64,000 nucleotides of DNA. Origin: an uncultured Gammaproteobacteria bacterium (lineage in GTDB: Bacteria; Patescibacteriota; Patescibacteriia; UBA1558; 2-01-FULL-52-15). The position numbers and the translations under genes were made by a program. Under the pieces are notes generated by a model. It worked only from the letters and a program-made list of their open reading frames with translations, did not search any database and was not told the DNA's origin. Location: positions 160,079 to 224,078 of the forward strand of contig CAYOCJ010000001.1 of NCBI GenBank assembly GCA_964402565.1. Direction: 5' to 3'. Below are positions 18,872 through 28,440 of this stretch, one piece after another; the stretch's first letter is position 1, and every line of letters starts with the position of its first letter.

Positions 18872-20073
18872 AACGCATTTTGATTTTTTCAATCGCCTAT
18901 CAGCCTTTCATTGGCGGCGCTGAGGTTGCTATTAAAGAGATAACGGATCGGATCTCGCAGTCAGAGATTGAGTTCGATATGATCACCTTGCGCTTCGATG
19001 CTGCATTGCCGCGCTTCGAGAAAATAAGGAATGTGAATGTCCATCGCATTGGTTTCACGTCACAGAAGCCGACCATGGGAGATTTAGTTCGTTTTCCGCT
19101 GTCGTTCAATAAGTACCTTTTCCCATTCCTTGCTCTGAAAAAAGCCTCACAGCTTCATGCGCAGAAGCCGTATGATGCCACCTGGGCTATGATGGCAAAT
19201 TATGCCGGTTTCGGAGCGGTCTTTTTCAAAATGAAATTTTCGAAGATCCCGTTCCTGCTCACCTTGCAGGAAGGCGACCCGATCGACTATATCAAACGCC
19301 GAGTCCGTTTCGTGTATCCGCTATTTATTCAGATCTTCAAACGTGCAGATCATATTCAAGTTATCTCTCAGTACCTTGCAGACCTGGCTCGCAGCATGGG
19401 TTATACGGGCTCACTGAACGTCATTCCGAATGGTGTTGACCTGCAATTATTTTCACAATCCTTTCATCAGGGAGAACTAGATGCCGTAAAAAAGAAACTT
19501 GGTAAAAAAGACGGTGATGTATTCCTGATCACGACATCGCGGCTTGTCCTGAAAAATGCAGTGGATGACAGCATAAAGGCTATGGGGTTTTTGCCCAAAA
19601 ATTTTCATCTCCTTATTATCGGCACTGGTCCGGATGAGGATGCATTGAAAAAGTTGAGTGCGCGAAGCGGTCTTTCTGATCGTGTACATCTCCTCGGAGA
19701 AGTAAGCAATACTGAAGTTCCAAAATATTTGAAAGTGTCGGACATTTTTATCCGGCCCTCGCTTTCTGAAGGCATGGGCATTTCATTTATTGAAGCTATG
19801 GCTGCCGGCATTCCTATCATTACCACGCCAGTCGGCGGCATCGTAGATTTTCTTTTTGACCCTGAGAAGAACCCTGACAAACCCGCTACTGGTCTTTTCT
19901 GCGAGGTGCGAAATCCTGAAAGCATTGCGCGCCAGGCAAAACGATTGATGGAACAAGCTGACCTTCGCAGCAGCATCATAAAAAATGCACACGTTTTGGT
20001 CGCTGAGAAATATGACTGGAAGCTCCTGGCAGAACGCATGCGAGAAGAAGTTTTCAAAAAAGTTCTTGCATGA
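18868..20073 (+). CDS. Glycosyltransferase family 4 (GT-B)
   Basis: C-terminal EGMGISFIEAMAAGIPIITTPVGG motif. Overlaps neighbours by 4 nt. Confidence 0.8.
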   Translation: MKRILIFSIAYQPFIGGAEVAIKEITDRISQSEIEFDMITLRFDAALPRFEKIRNVNVHRIGFTSQKPTMGDLVRFPLSFNKYLFPFLALKKASQLHAQKPYDATWAMMANYAGFGAVFFKMKFSKIPFLLTLQEGDPIDYIKRRVRFVYPLFIQIFKRADHIQVISQYLADLARSMGYTGSLNVIPNGVDLQLFSQSFHQGELDAVKKKLGKKDGDVFLITTSRLVLKNAVDDSIKAMGFLPKNFHLLIIGTGPDEDALKKLSARSGLSDRVHLLGEVSNTEVPKYLKVSDIFIRPSLSEGMGISFIEAMAAGIPIITTPVGGIVDFLFDPEKNPDKPATGLFCEVRNPESIARQAKRLMEQADLRSSIIKNAHVLVAEKYDWKLLAERMREEVFKKVLA

Positions 20074-20801
20074 TCATACGTCCGCTTACAACCAGAGTCT
20101 TCAAAGAAGGGGAGGATCTATTCGCGTTTATTGTTTCCTATATCCCAAAGCTCAAGAATAAAAGTGTCATTGTGATAACCTCGAAGATCGTAGCGCTTTC
20201 TGAAAAACGCACATCGACGAACACCGGCAGGCGAGCGAAAATACGGCTGATAAAATCGGAGAGCCAATGGGCTATGCGAACCAAATGGACCTGGCTCACC
20301 ATCAAAGACAATGCCGTCATGTCCGCGGCAGGCATTGATGAATCGAACGCGAATGGCAAGCTGATCTTATTGCCTAAGGATAGCTTCAAAGCGGCGGCGG
20401 TTTTGCGGCAAAAACTCAAGCGTTTTTATAAAGTCAATCAATTGGGTATACTTATTACTGACAGCAGGCTATTGCCATTGCGGGCCGGCGTCGTAGGCAT
20501 AGCTCTTGGCTATGCAGGTTTCAAAGGCGTACGGGACGATCGCGGCACGAAAGACATTTTCGGAAGGAAATTGAAGCTCACACGCGTCGATATCGCTGAT
20601 GCTGTAGCCACTGCAGCAGTGCTGACCATGGGCGAGGCTGCTGAGAAGCGGCCGCTGGCTATCGTGGAGGATTCGCCCGCGGTATTTACTGAGACAGTGA
20701 AAAAGAATGAATTGATCATGGATTTTCGCGACGATGTGTTCGCTCCGCTATTCAAAAAAGTTCAGCATATCAAATTAAAAAAAATCAAAAATCCGCATTA
20801 A
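20070..20801 (+). CDS. CofE-like protein (F420-0:gamma-glutamyl ligase family, PF01996)
   Basis: VIVITSKIVALSE, AAGIDESN, GILITDSRLLPLRAGVVGIALGYAGF and DIADAVATAAVLTMGEA align with CofE signature blocks. Confidence 0.7.
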   Translation: MIIRPLTTRVFKEGEDLFAFIVSYIPKLKNKSVIVITSKIVALSEKRTSTNTGRRAKIRLIKSESQWAMRTKWTWLTIKDNAVMSAAGIDESNANGKLILLPKDSFKAAAVLRQKLKRFYKVNQLGILITDSRLLPLRAGVVGIALGYAGFKGVRDDRGTKDIFGRKLKLTRVDIADAVATAAVLTMGEAAEKRPLAIVEDSPAVFTETVKKNELIMDFRDDVFAPLFKKVQHIKLKKIKNPH

Positions 20802-20802
20802 C

Positions 20803-21519
20803 ATGCAATTCAGCATTATTATCCCGGCGAAAAACGAACTTGAGAATTTCAAACGCAACTTGAAGCAATTCGATGCGTTGCGAGGAAAGTTTACCTTTGA
20901 AATTATTATCGCTGATGGCGGTTCGAAGGACGGCAGCATTGAGTATGCGCGTCCTTTGACCGATAAAATTGAAATTAATTATGATAAAGAAACGATAGCT
21001 GAAGGGAGGAATAGAGGTGCCAGGGTGGCTACCGGAGATATTTTTGCTTTTTTTGATGCCGCAGTGCAGATAGACAAGGTGCCAGATTTTTTTGAATATG
21101 TTCTGAAACGATTTGAAGATCCGAACATTGTCGCGGTAATCCCCAATGTCGGCATTTATCCTGATGAAGCAACGCGCATGGATACTATCGTGAGTGGTTT
21201 TATCAACCGACTGATACGTTTTTGCAATGCCATGGGTTGGGGAGCGGGAAAAGGCGAGGCACAGATCATGCGTCGTTCAGCCTTTGAGAAAATTCATGGA
21301 TACAACGAAACCTTGGTCGCTGCAGAAGATAATGATCTGATGCGGAGACTAGCTAAAGTCGGTAAGGTTATTTCAGCGCCAAATTTGAATGTGTATGATG
21401 ATCCGCGCCGCTACCGTAAGCTTGGCTATCCGCGTGTTATCATGCAGTGGATATTGAATCAGCTTTCAGTCATTTTTTTCGGGCATTCGTATAGTAAGGA
21501 ATGGAAGAGGGTGGACTAG
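20803..21519 (+). CDS. Glycosyltransferase family 2
   Basis: FSIIIPAKNE...IIIADGGSKDGS...DAAVQ motifs of GT-A fold GT2. Confidence 0.75.
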   Translation: MQFSIIIPAKNELENFKRNLKQFDALRGKFTFEIIIADGGSKDGSIEYARPLTDKIEINYDKETIAEGRNRGARVATGDIFAFFDAAVQIDKVPDFFEYVLKRFEDPNIVAVIPNVGIYPDEATRMDTIVSGFINRLIRFCNAMGWGAGKGEAQIMRRSAFEKIHGYNETLVAAEDNDLMRRLAKVGKVISAPNLNVYDDPRRYRKLGYPRVIMQWILNQLSVIFFGHSYSKEWKRVD

Positions 21520-21560
21520 GCGCTGTTTGCACATACCCATTCGCTCAGCTGCGGAAACTC

Positions 21561-21588
21561 AGCCCGCCTATATGGAGGCGGGCTTTTT
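21561..21588 (+). terminator. Rho-independent terminator ending the glycosylation operon
   Basis: AGCCCGCCTATATGGAGGCGGGCTTTTT. Confidence 0.6.
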
Positions 21589-21684
21589 CGTGAGGTCCTC
21601 TCTTCGCTCATGGCTATGTGCAAACAGCAGCAATGTTTTTTGAGGGGGGATGGGCAGGGTATTTGCGCTGACAAGCTAAAATCC

Positions 21685-21894
21685 TCAAAGACCATTTTGC
21701 TCAAGGCACCTGCTATAAGTAAAATTGTAGTGATTTTCGAAATCAGACGCAGATAAATTGTCCGTTTGAAATAATTTTTGCGCCAAACTCGAGCAGTTTC
21801 TTTTTATTTCAGCAGGCCTTAATGCAAACCAATAGAAGCTAACTCCTAGAATTACCAGAGCTAAAGCAATGCTGAAATAAATTTGTTTTTTCAT
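21685..21894 (-). CDS. Hypothetical small membrane protein
   Basis: 69 aa with an N-terminal TM helix. Co-directional with comFC. Confidence 0.3.
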   Translation of the reverse strand: MKKQIYFSIALALVILGVSFYWFALRPAEIKRNCSSLAQKLFQTDNLSASDFENHYNFTYSRCLEQNGL

Positions 21895-22239
21895 ATTTTT
21901 TAAGTTGAGAACCGGATACGTAGTATTAGATTATGCGTTTTTTTGTTTACTCTCAACTCTGATAGCATCACCACCAGTGTTATCTATCCTGTTATTCATA
22001 ATGGCGTTACCACCCACAGTGTTAATTTTTTGTTTTATAAAATTTGTTTCGATTTTTATTTCGCGCAATTTCTTTAGAGCGAGGATAGAAGTAATCACAG
22101 TGATTATAGCAGCGATCGCTGAAATCCATGACGTTATCCACATACATTAGAAGAATTAAATAAAAAATTTAACCAATACTTCATTTACGAACTTGCCCCA
22201 ATCGTACTCTTTTCACAATACCATTGCAAGAAGCTTGGA

Positions 22240-22872
22240 TTAAGGCTGGTTTTTCGCCACAACCAAGGCGTGCACGGTTTTTGTCCCATGCTTTTTGAGT
22301 TCTGATGCAGCTTCATCGAGGGTAGAGAAGGTTGTAGTGATATCGTCTATCAAGAGTACATGAGCGGGCGCGGCACCGTTATAGGAAAACGCTCCTTTCA
22401 GATTTTCCAGCCGTTCAGCTCTATTCAATGTATGCTGCGGTCGCCGCGCCCGAATACGTTTCAATTGGGTATCGAGAGGCAAGCCTGTAGTCTTTGCAAG
22501 TTCCTGCGCAAGCAATGCGCTTTGATTGAAACCGCGATTTCTCTCACGCCTGCGATGCAAGGGGATAGGGATAATCGCAGTGTCAGAGTGCAGCGCTGGC
22601 ATTGCGGTTTGCAATATGTTTCCTAATGACACAGATAATCCCTTCAAACCATTGAATTTAAAAGCAAAGATCAGTTTTTGTATTCGCTGTTCTTCATAAT
22701 TGGCACAAATAGTGATGCTGGCGAGATGCGGAGTCGGGCTGGAAAGGCGCGTCAGCTGCAGCGGCAGTTTTGATTCGCATACAGCGCAGAGCAGCGCTCC
22801 TGGATCGCTGCAGAGCACGCAGGAGATAGGGAACAGGGCGTCGAGAATGAGTTGTGTAGTTTTTTCAAACAT
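22240..22872 (-). CDS. comFC: ComF family competence protein (ComFC, phosphoribosyltransferase fold)
   Basis: N-terminal C4 finger CVLCSD...CAVCES, C-terminal PRTase-like LLIDDITTTFSTL motif. Confidence 0.7.
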   Translation of the reverse strand: MFEKTTQLILDALFPISCVLCSDPGALLCAVCESKLPLQLTRLSSPTPHLASITICANYEEQRIQKLIFAFKFNGLKGLSVSLGNILQTAMPALHSDTAIIPIPLHRRRERNRGFNQSALLAQELAKTTGLPLDTQLKRIRARRPQHTLNRAERLENLKGAFSYNGAAPAHVLLIDDITTTFSTLDEAASELKKHGTKTVHALVVAKNQP

Positions 22873-22913
22873 ATAAACAGGGTTATGATGCCCTGTTTAT
22901 GATGTAAAAAATG

Positions 22914-25409
22914 TTATTCGAATCGAATAGCGCCTTGCTTCAGTATCGCATTGATCGTTGATTTTTCTGTTTTGATCTCGCCGCTCAGTAATTTCAAAGC
23001 GAGCTGGTCAATGATGTGGCGCTGTACTGCACGCTTCAGTGAACGCGCGCCTTCTTGCGGCTTGAATTCTTCGACCAGTTTTTTGATGACTTCATTGTCT
23101 ATCGCAAGCTTCTGGCCTCGGAGTGATAAGCGCTCTTCAACGTCTTTCAGTTCGCGGAGTACGATCTTCTTTGCTACTGCTTCGGTCAGGTGGTTGAAGA
23201 TAACTATATTATCCAGGCGATTCAGGAATTCAGGGCGGAAATGCTCTTTCAAGGACTTCATGATATGCTCTTCCATATCTCGACGCAGCGGCATGTTATC
23301 CCCTTCCTCGAGCGAGAAACCGACCGTCGCCTGATTCGTGAATTCTTTCAGCCCAATATTCGAGGTCATGATGATGATCGTATTCTTGAAATTCACCTGC
23401 TTGCCGGTAGCATCGGTCATATAGCCGTCTTCAAGCACCGGCAATAGAATGTTGAATACATCAGGATGCGCTTTCTCTATCTCGTCGAAGAGCACCACGC
23501 TGTACGGTTTTTTGCGCACTGAATCAGTCAGTAAATTGCCGTCCTTGTAACCGATATATCCGGCAGGAGCGCCGATAAGCTTCGAGACATTGAAGCGTTC
23601 CGAGAATTCTGACATATCGATGCGGATCAGTGCATTTTCTCTATTGAAGAGCATGCGGGAGAGCAGTCTTGCCATCTCGGTTTTGCCTACGCCTGAAGGG
23701 CCAAGGAACATGAATGAACCCAGGGGTTTTCGCGGATCAGAGAGTCCTGAGCGCGAGCGGCGGATCGTTTCTGCCACGCGTGCTATTGCTTCGTTTTGGC
23801 CGAAGAGATGTTTCTGCAAATAATGTTCAAGATTCGTCAATTGCTTCTTTTCTGAAGCCTCGATCTCATGCAATGGTATACCCGTGGACTGTGATACGAC
23901 CGCTGCAATGTCATGCGCCGTGATCTGGCCCAGAAGCTCAGGGTCAGATTTTGCTTTGATAGCCTTCAGATTGTTCAATTCCTGCAATACAATATCTTCC
24001 TGATCCTTGATATGCAGGGCTTGGGTGTAGTTTTCGTTCAAAATAAAGTTGCGCTTGGTTTCCTGGATAGATTTCAGGCTGCGTTCAAGTTCTTTGATGC
24101 GCTTGGTTTGCGATGAATACTTTCGCGCGACCTTGATATGCGATGCTGCTTCGTCGATAAGGTCGATTGCTTTGTCCGGGAATTTTTTATCCGGCAAATA
24201 GCGCTTGCTCAATGAAACGGCAGCATGCAGCGCTTCTTGTGTGATCGCGACCGAATGGTATTTCTCATAGTTTTCTTTGACGCCCTGCAAAATGTCAGCT
24301 GTTTCCGTTTCGCTTGCCTCGTCGACCATGATGACCTGGAAACGCCGCTCAAGAGCTTTGTCATTTTCGATGAATTTTTTGTACTCCTCATGCGTCGTTG
24401 CTCCGATGCAGCGCAATTGTCCCCGTGCCAGAGCCGGCTTCAGGATATTAGCAGCATCCAGAGACCCGGCAGAGGAGCCGGTGCCGATGATATTATGAAT
24501 CTCGTCAATAAAGAGGATGATATTCTCATCGCGTTTTACTTCATCGATGATCTGCTTCAAACGATTTTCGAATTCGCCGCGGTACATAGTGCCGGCAACG
24601 ATGGCTGACAGGTCGAGTGAAAGGATCTTCTTATCGCTCAGCACATCCGGCACATCGCCATGGAGTATTTTCTTCGCAAGGCCTTCGATGATAGCTGTCT
24701 TACCTACGCCCGGATCGCCCAGGAGCACTGGATTGTTCTTTGTGCGGCGTGAAAGTATCTGTATGAGCCTGTTAATTTCGTCTTTACGCCCGATGACCGG
24801 GTCGATGTTCTTTTGCACGGCATCGGTTGTGAGATTGGTGGAATAGAGCTCGAGCATGCTTGGCGGATTTTCCGATGCATCCATGAGCGCATCCATATCC
24901 TGATTTTTCCCCTGTGATTCTGATGGTTGCATATGATTAAAACGTGAAGTGCCGTGTAGCACATTTTCTAGCTGGCTGATAAGCGCCTGCATATTGACGC
25001 TGTGTTCCGAAAAAATACCTTTAATTTTCGAATCCGGGATCTTCACCATGCCGCTCAGGAGGTGTTCGCTGCCGATGTATTTATGGTGATGCTCGAATGA
25101 TGTTTTGACCGCTAATTCAATGATGCGCTGGCTCTTCGCAGATGGCTGCGGAAGATTCCAAAAATCCGTTGCCTGTTCCCGAAGCGGCGTGATATTCAGT
25201 CGTTCAGGGGACCGGAAAGCAGTATTATTCAGGGTGATATTCTGTTTCTGCATGATTTCAAAGCCCAGACAGCCCTGCTGCTGCAGCATTGCCTCAAAAA
25301 GGTGCACGGGCTCGATAGCAGAACTTTCTTCCTGCCATGCAATATTTTGAGCCTGAATCAGGATATTCTTGAAATGAGACGTGAATTTGTCGAGGAGGTT
25401 GTCCATCAT
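22914..25409 (-). CDS. clpC: ATP-dependent Clp protease ATP-binding subunit ClpC-like (class I AAA+)
   Basis: Clp N domain. AAA1 Walker [10 protein letters not shown], short M-domain, AAA2 Walker [10 protein letters not shown]. Confidence 0.85.
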   Translation of the reverse strand: MMDNLLDKFTSHFKNILIQAQNIAWQEESSAIEPVHLFEAMLQQQGCLGFEIMQKQNITLNNTAFRSPERLNITPLREQATDFWNLPQPSAKSQRIIELAVKTSFEHHHKYIGSEHLLSGMVKIPDSKIKGIFSEHSVNMQALISQLENVLHGTSRFNHMQPSESQGKNQDMDALMDASENPPSMLELYSTNLTTDAVQKNIDPVIGRKDEINRLIQILSRRTKNNPVLLGDPGVGKTAIIEGLAKKILHGDVPDVLSDKKILSLDLSAIVAGTMYRGEFENRLKQIIDEVKRDENIILFIDEIHNIIGTGSSAGSLDAANILKPALARGQLRCIGATTHEEYKKFIENDKALERRFQVIMVDEASETETADILQGVKENYEKYHSVAITQEALHAAVSLSKRYLPDKKFPDKAIDLIDEAASHIKVARKYSSQTKRIKELERSLKSIQETKRNFILNENYTQALHIKDQEDIVLQELNNLKAIKAKSDPELLGQITAHDIAAVVSQSTGIPLHEIEASEKKQLTNLEHYLQKHLFGQNEAIARVAETIRRSRSGLSDPRKPLGSFMFLGPSGVGKTEMARLLSRMLFNRENALIRIDMSEFSERFNVSKLIGAPAGYIGYKDGNLLTDSVRKKPYSVVLFDEIEKAHPDVFNILLPVLEDGYMTDATGKQVNFKNTIIIMTSNIGLKEFTNQATVGFSLEEGDNMPLRRDMEEHIMKSLKEHFRPEFLNRLDNIVIFNHLTEAVAKKIVLRELKDVEERLSLRGQKLAIDNEVIKKLVEEFKPQEGARSLKRAVQRHIIDQLALKLLSGEIKTEKSTINAILKQGAIRFE

Positions 25410-26299
25410 GTTGTTTCGCGTAAGCGCCGAATGCGTTCTTCGATCGGCGGATGTGTCGAAAAGAGATTGGCTACTGATTTCATAGTATCACTTTTGAATG
25501 GGTTCGCAATATAGAGATGCGCCGTCGCTCTGTTCACATTGCGAAGCGGAGGACCGGCGGCTATTTTCTCGAGCGCCCTGGCCAGGCCTTCAGGGTACCT
25601 GGTAATAAGCGCACCTGACGCATCAGCCAAAAACTCTCTTTTCCTCGATATTGCAAGCTGGATAAGCTGCGATATGAGCGGCGCAATAATGATAAGAATT
25701 AAACCGACTAAGGCAAGTATGCCGCCTAAACCGCCTTCTTCCCTGTCATCTCGCCTCCGCATGCCGCCCCAAAACATGCTGCGGGTCGTATAATCAGCAA
25801 CAAGAGCGATGATGCCAACGCAAATAATGACGACGGTCATCAAACGTATATCGTAATTTTTTATATGTGACAGCTCATGCGCAGCAACGCCTTCCAGTTC
25901 TTCATTTTCAAGTGCTTCGACGATGCCGGTTGTAAATGCGATAGAGGCATGCTGCGGATCGCGGCCCGTAGCAAAAGCATTCAAAGCCGGATCAGGTATC
26001 AAATACACTTTTGGCATCTGCATGCCCATGGTGATGCAAAGGTTTTCCACAATGTGATATAGGTAGGGGTTATCTTTTTCCTCTATCTGCTGTGCTTTGG
26101 CGATGCCAAGGGCTACGGCATCTCCTTTAAAGTAGCTCGCAAGCGACATGACAGTCGCGATGATCACGGATACAACAAGGAATGTTTCTCCGTTTTGGAA
26201 GTAATAGCTAGCCCAATAGCCGATACCGACAATTATCAGAAAGAAGAGGCAGAGGAGCAATGCGCTTTTTCTTTTGTTCGATGCTATCTGATCATACAT
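25406..26299 (-). CDS. htpX: Protease HtpX (M48 zinc metalloprotease)
   Basis: HELSHIKNYD HExxH motif, 4 TM. Confidence 0.85.
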   Translation of the reverse strand: MYDQIASNKRKSALLLCLFFLIIVGIGYWASYYFQNGETFLVVSVIIATVMSLASYFKGDAVALGIAKAQQIEEKDNPYLYHIVENLCITMGMQMPKVYLIPDPALNAFATGRDPQHASIAFTTGIVEALENEELEGVAAHELSHIKNYDIRLMTVVIICVGIIALVADYTTRSMFWGGMRRRDDREEGGLGGILALVGLILIIIAPLISQLIQLAISRKREFLADASGALITRYPEGLARALEKIAAGPPLRNVNRATAHLYIANPFKSDTMKSVANLFSTHPPIEERIRRLRETT

Positions 26300-26378
26300 A
26301 GATTTTTGTACTATAGCTCAATTTAGCACTCATTGCAATAGAGTGCCAAAATGCCTATGTATAAGGCTTTTTTGTGTT

Positions 26379-26939
26379 TTAGGAGAAGGAAACCTTGACG
26401 TTTTCCCGTTCTGTCTCATTCCCAACCTCAAAGTATGCATATTGCTTGAAGCTCAGAGTCTGAGCCACCAGATTATTTGGGAACTTTTGAATTTTAATAT
26501 TGAAGTCGCGGACCTGGCCATTGTAGAAGCGTCGGGCTGCCTGGATCTTGTTCTCAGTATCAGAAAGCTCATCCTGCAATTTCGCGAAGTTACCGGCAGC
26601 CTTCAAATCAGGGTAATTTTCCGCAACAGCGAATAAACTTTTCAGAGCTCCGGTCAGCAAATCTTCAGCTTTTGCCCTCGTAGGCGCTGCTTCTGCATTC
26701 ATTGCCAGGGCTCGCGCGTCAGTAACGGCCTGCAGAGTCTTTGCTTCGTGCTGCATATACCCCTTCACTGACTCGACGAGGTTTGGGATCAGATCATAAC
26801 GTCTTTTCAGCTGGACATCGATGTCAGAATAGGCTTCTTCGACTCTATTTTTTGATGTGGTAAGCGCATTGAATAGAGCAATGAGCCACAAAACGAGTAC
26901 TACTACGGCAATTGCTGGTAAAATGACAAACAAATTCAT
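26379..26939 (-). CDS. lemA: LemA family protein
   Basis: N-terminal TM followed by the LemA core (RVEEAYSDIDVQLKRRYDLIPNLVE). Confidence 0.8.
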   Translation of the reverse strand: MNLFVILPAIAVVVLVLWLIALFNALTTSKNRVEEAYSDIDVQLKRRYDLIPNLVESVKGYMQHEAKTLQAVTDARALAMNAEAAPTRAKAEDLLTGALKSLFAVAENYPDLKAAGNFAKLQDELSDTENKIQAARRFYNGQVRDFNIKIQKFPNNLVAQTLSFKQYAYFEVGNETERENVKVSFS

Positions 26940-27258
26940 ATTATTTTCTGGATAGTTGGTTAATTGGAAAATACCTCCAAACACCCATAGTATATAAGCA
27001 TTGCGCGGCTTTGGTCAATCACCAGATTTGGGACAAGGCTTCGCTCGAAAAGAGGGTGTAGAGGTCAGATTGAGACTTTGGAATGAAGTGCTTTCAGCCA
27101 TTCACTCATATCCACAGTTGTACTTCCTCGACAGCTGAATTTTATGGTATAATCATATGGAAATTTAAGAGATATATTGCCCTAGCGTAGCCAACACTTG
27201 AAAAAGTGAGATCGTTGGATGCTTCAGCGTTATATCATTAATAAAAATAGAATATTCC

Positions 27259-28419
27259 ATGGCCAAAAAGAGCTATTTGGGCATCGATATCGGTACATCC
27301 GGCATCAAAGTTACCCAGCTTGAGAATTTCAAAGGTCAACCGAAGCTTGTTACCTATGGTTATGCGGAAGCGAAGTTCGATATTATCCGCGATCAGTCCA
27401 AAGAACTGCAGACAACCGTAGCGAATTTGATCGGCCAGGTATTGCAGCGGTCGAGGGTCACGACAACGGCAGCTATCGCTGCACTTCCGACCTTCTCGGT
27501 TTTTAACTCGATCATCAGCTTGCCGCGCATGTCCAGAAGGGACCTTGATACGGCTATCAAATGGGAAGCAAAAAAGTTCATACCGCTGCCTATCGATGAG
27601 ATGATCCTTTCGCACAAGATCCTGGAAGGCGCGCAGTCGAGCTTTGCAGAGAAGCTCTTCATGCTGAATATGAGTTCATTGATGAAGAAAAAGGGCGATG
27701 CAGGGAAAGATGCGCCCGGACTGGCTGCTGGAGCGCCTCCGGTCCAGCCTGGCGGCAAAGAGGATGGCGATGATGCGAAGAAAAACGTACGCATACTTCT
27801 CACGGCGGCTCCAAAAAATCTGGTATCAAGGTATGTCGAAATCTTCAAGGCTGCAAACCTGCATTTATTGAGCCTTGAAACAGAAGCGCTGGCCCTTTCC
27901 CAGTCGCTCATCGGCAGCGAGAATGCAAGCGTCATGGTCATCGACATTGGCTCAGCCGCGACCAATATTTGCATGGTCGAAAAGGGCGTACCGGTCCTGA
28001 ATCGGGGACTGGATATCGGCGGTTACCATATTACGAAATCAATCAGCAATAGTTTAAACGTCAATTTTGAGCGGGCCGAGCAATTCAAACTGGATTTCGG
28101 TATCCGCATGCAGGATCAGCGCGGCGGTATTCCGGATGCGATCAAAGATAGCTTGCAGCCGATCATCAATGAAATCCAGTATGTATTTGAACTCTATCAA
28201 AATCAGGGGAGCATTACCGTCGATCGGATCTTGCTTTCCGGCGGCTCAGCATTCCTGCCGAACCTGACCAATTACTTGTCGCAACTCCTGAAGATCCCGG
28301 TCTATATCGGAAATCCCTGGGACCGCGTCGTGTACCCGGTAGATCTGAAACCGGTGCTCGAGAGCATTGGCCCGCAAATGGCTGTGTCTATCGGCTTGGC
28401 AATGAAATATATCGGCTAG
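27259..28419 (+). CDS. pilM: Type IV pilus assembly protein PilM
   Basis: Actin-like ATPase fold. Starts YLGIDIGTSGIKV. Confidence 0.85.
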   Translation: MAKKSYLGIDIGTSGIKVTQLENFKGQPKLVTYGYAEAKFDIIRDQSKELQTTVANLIGQVLQRSRVTTTAAIAALPTFSVFNSIISLPRMSRRDLDTAIKWEAKKFIPLPIDEMILSHKILEGAQSSFAEKLFMLNMSSLMKKKGDAGKDAPGLAAGAPPVQPGGKEDGDDAKKNVRILLTAAPKNLVSRYVEIFKAANLHLLSLETEALALSQSLIGSENASVMVIDIGSAATNICMVEKGVPVLNRGLDIGGYHITKSISNSLNVNFERAEQFKLDFGIRMQDQRGGIPDAIKDSLQPIINEIQYVFELYQNQGSITVDRILLSGGSAFLPNLTNYLSQLLKIPVYIGNPWDRVVYPVDLKPVLESIGPQMAVSIGLAMKYIG

Positions 28420-28440
28420 CAAAAGAGCGTATCGAAATTC

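Noticed and set aside
21905-22150. Plus-strand 81-aa ORF and overlapping minus-strand 70-aa ORF (21931-22143)
   Set aside because: They are mutually exclusive, AT-rich and without motifs. Which one is real, if either, cannot be decided from sequence. Only the co-directional 21685-21894 small membrane ORF was listed, at low confidence.
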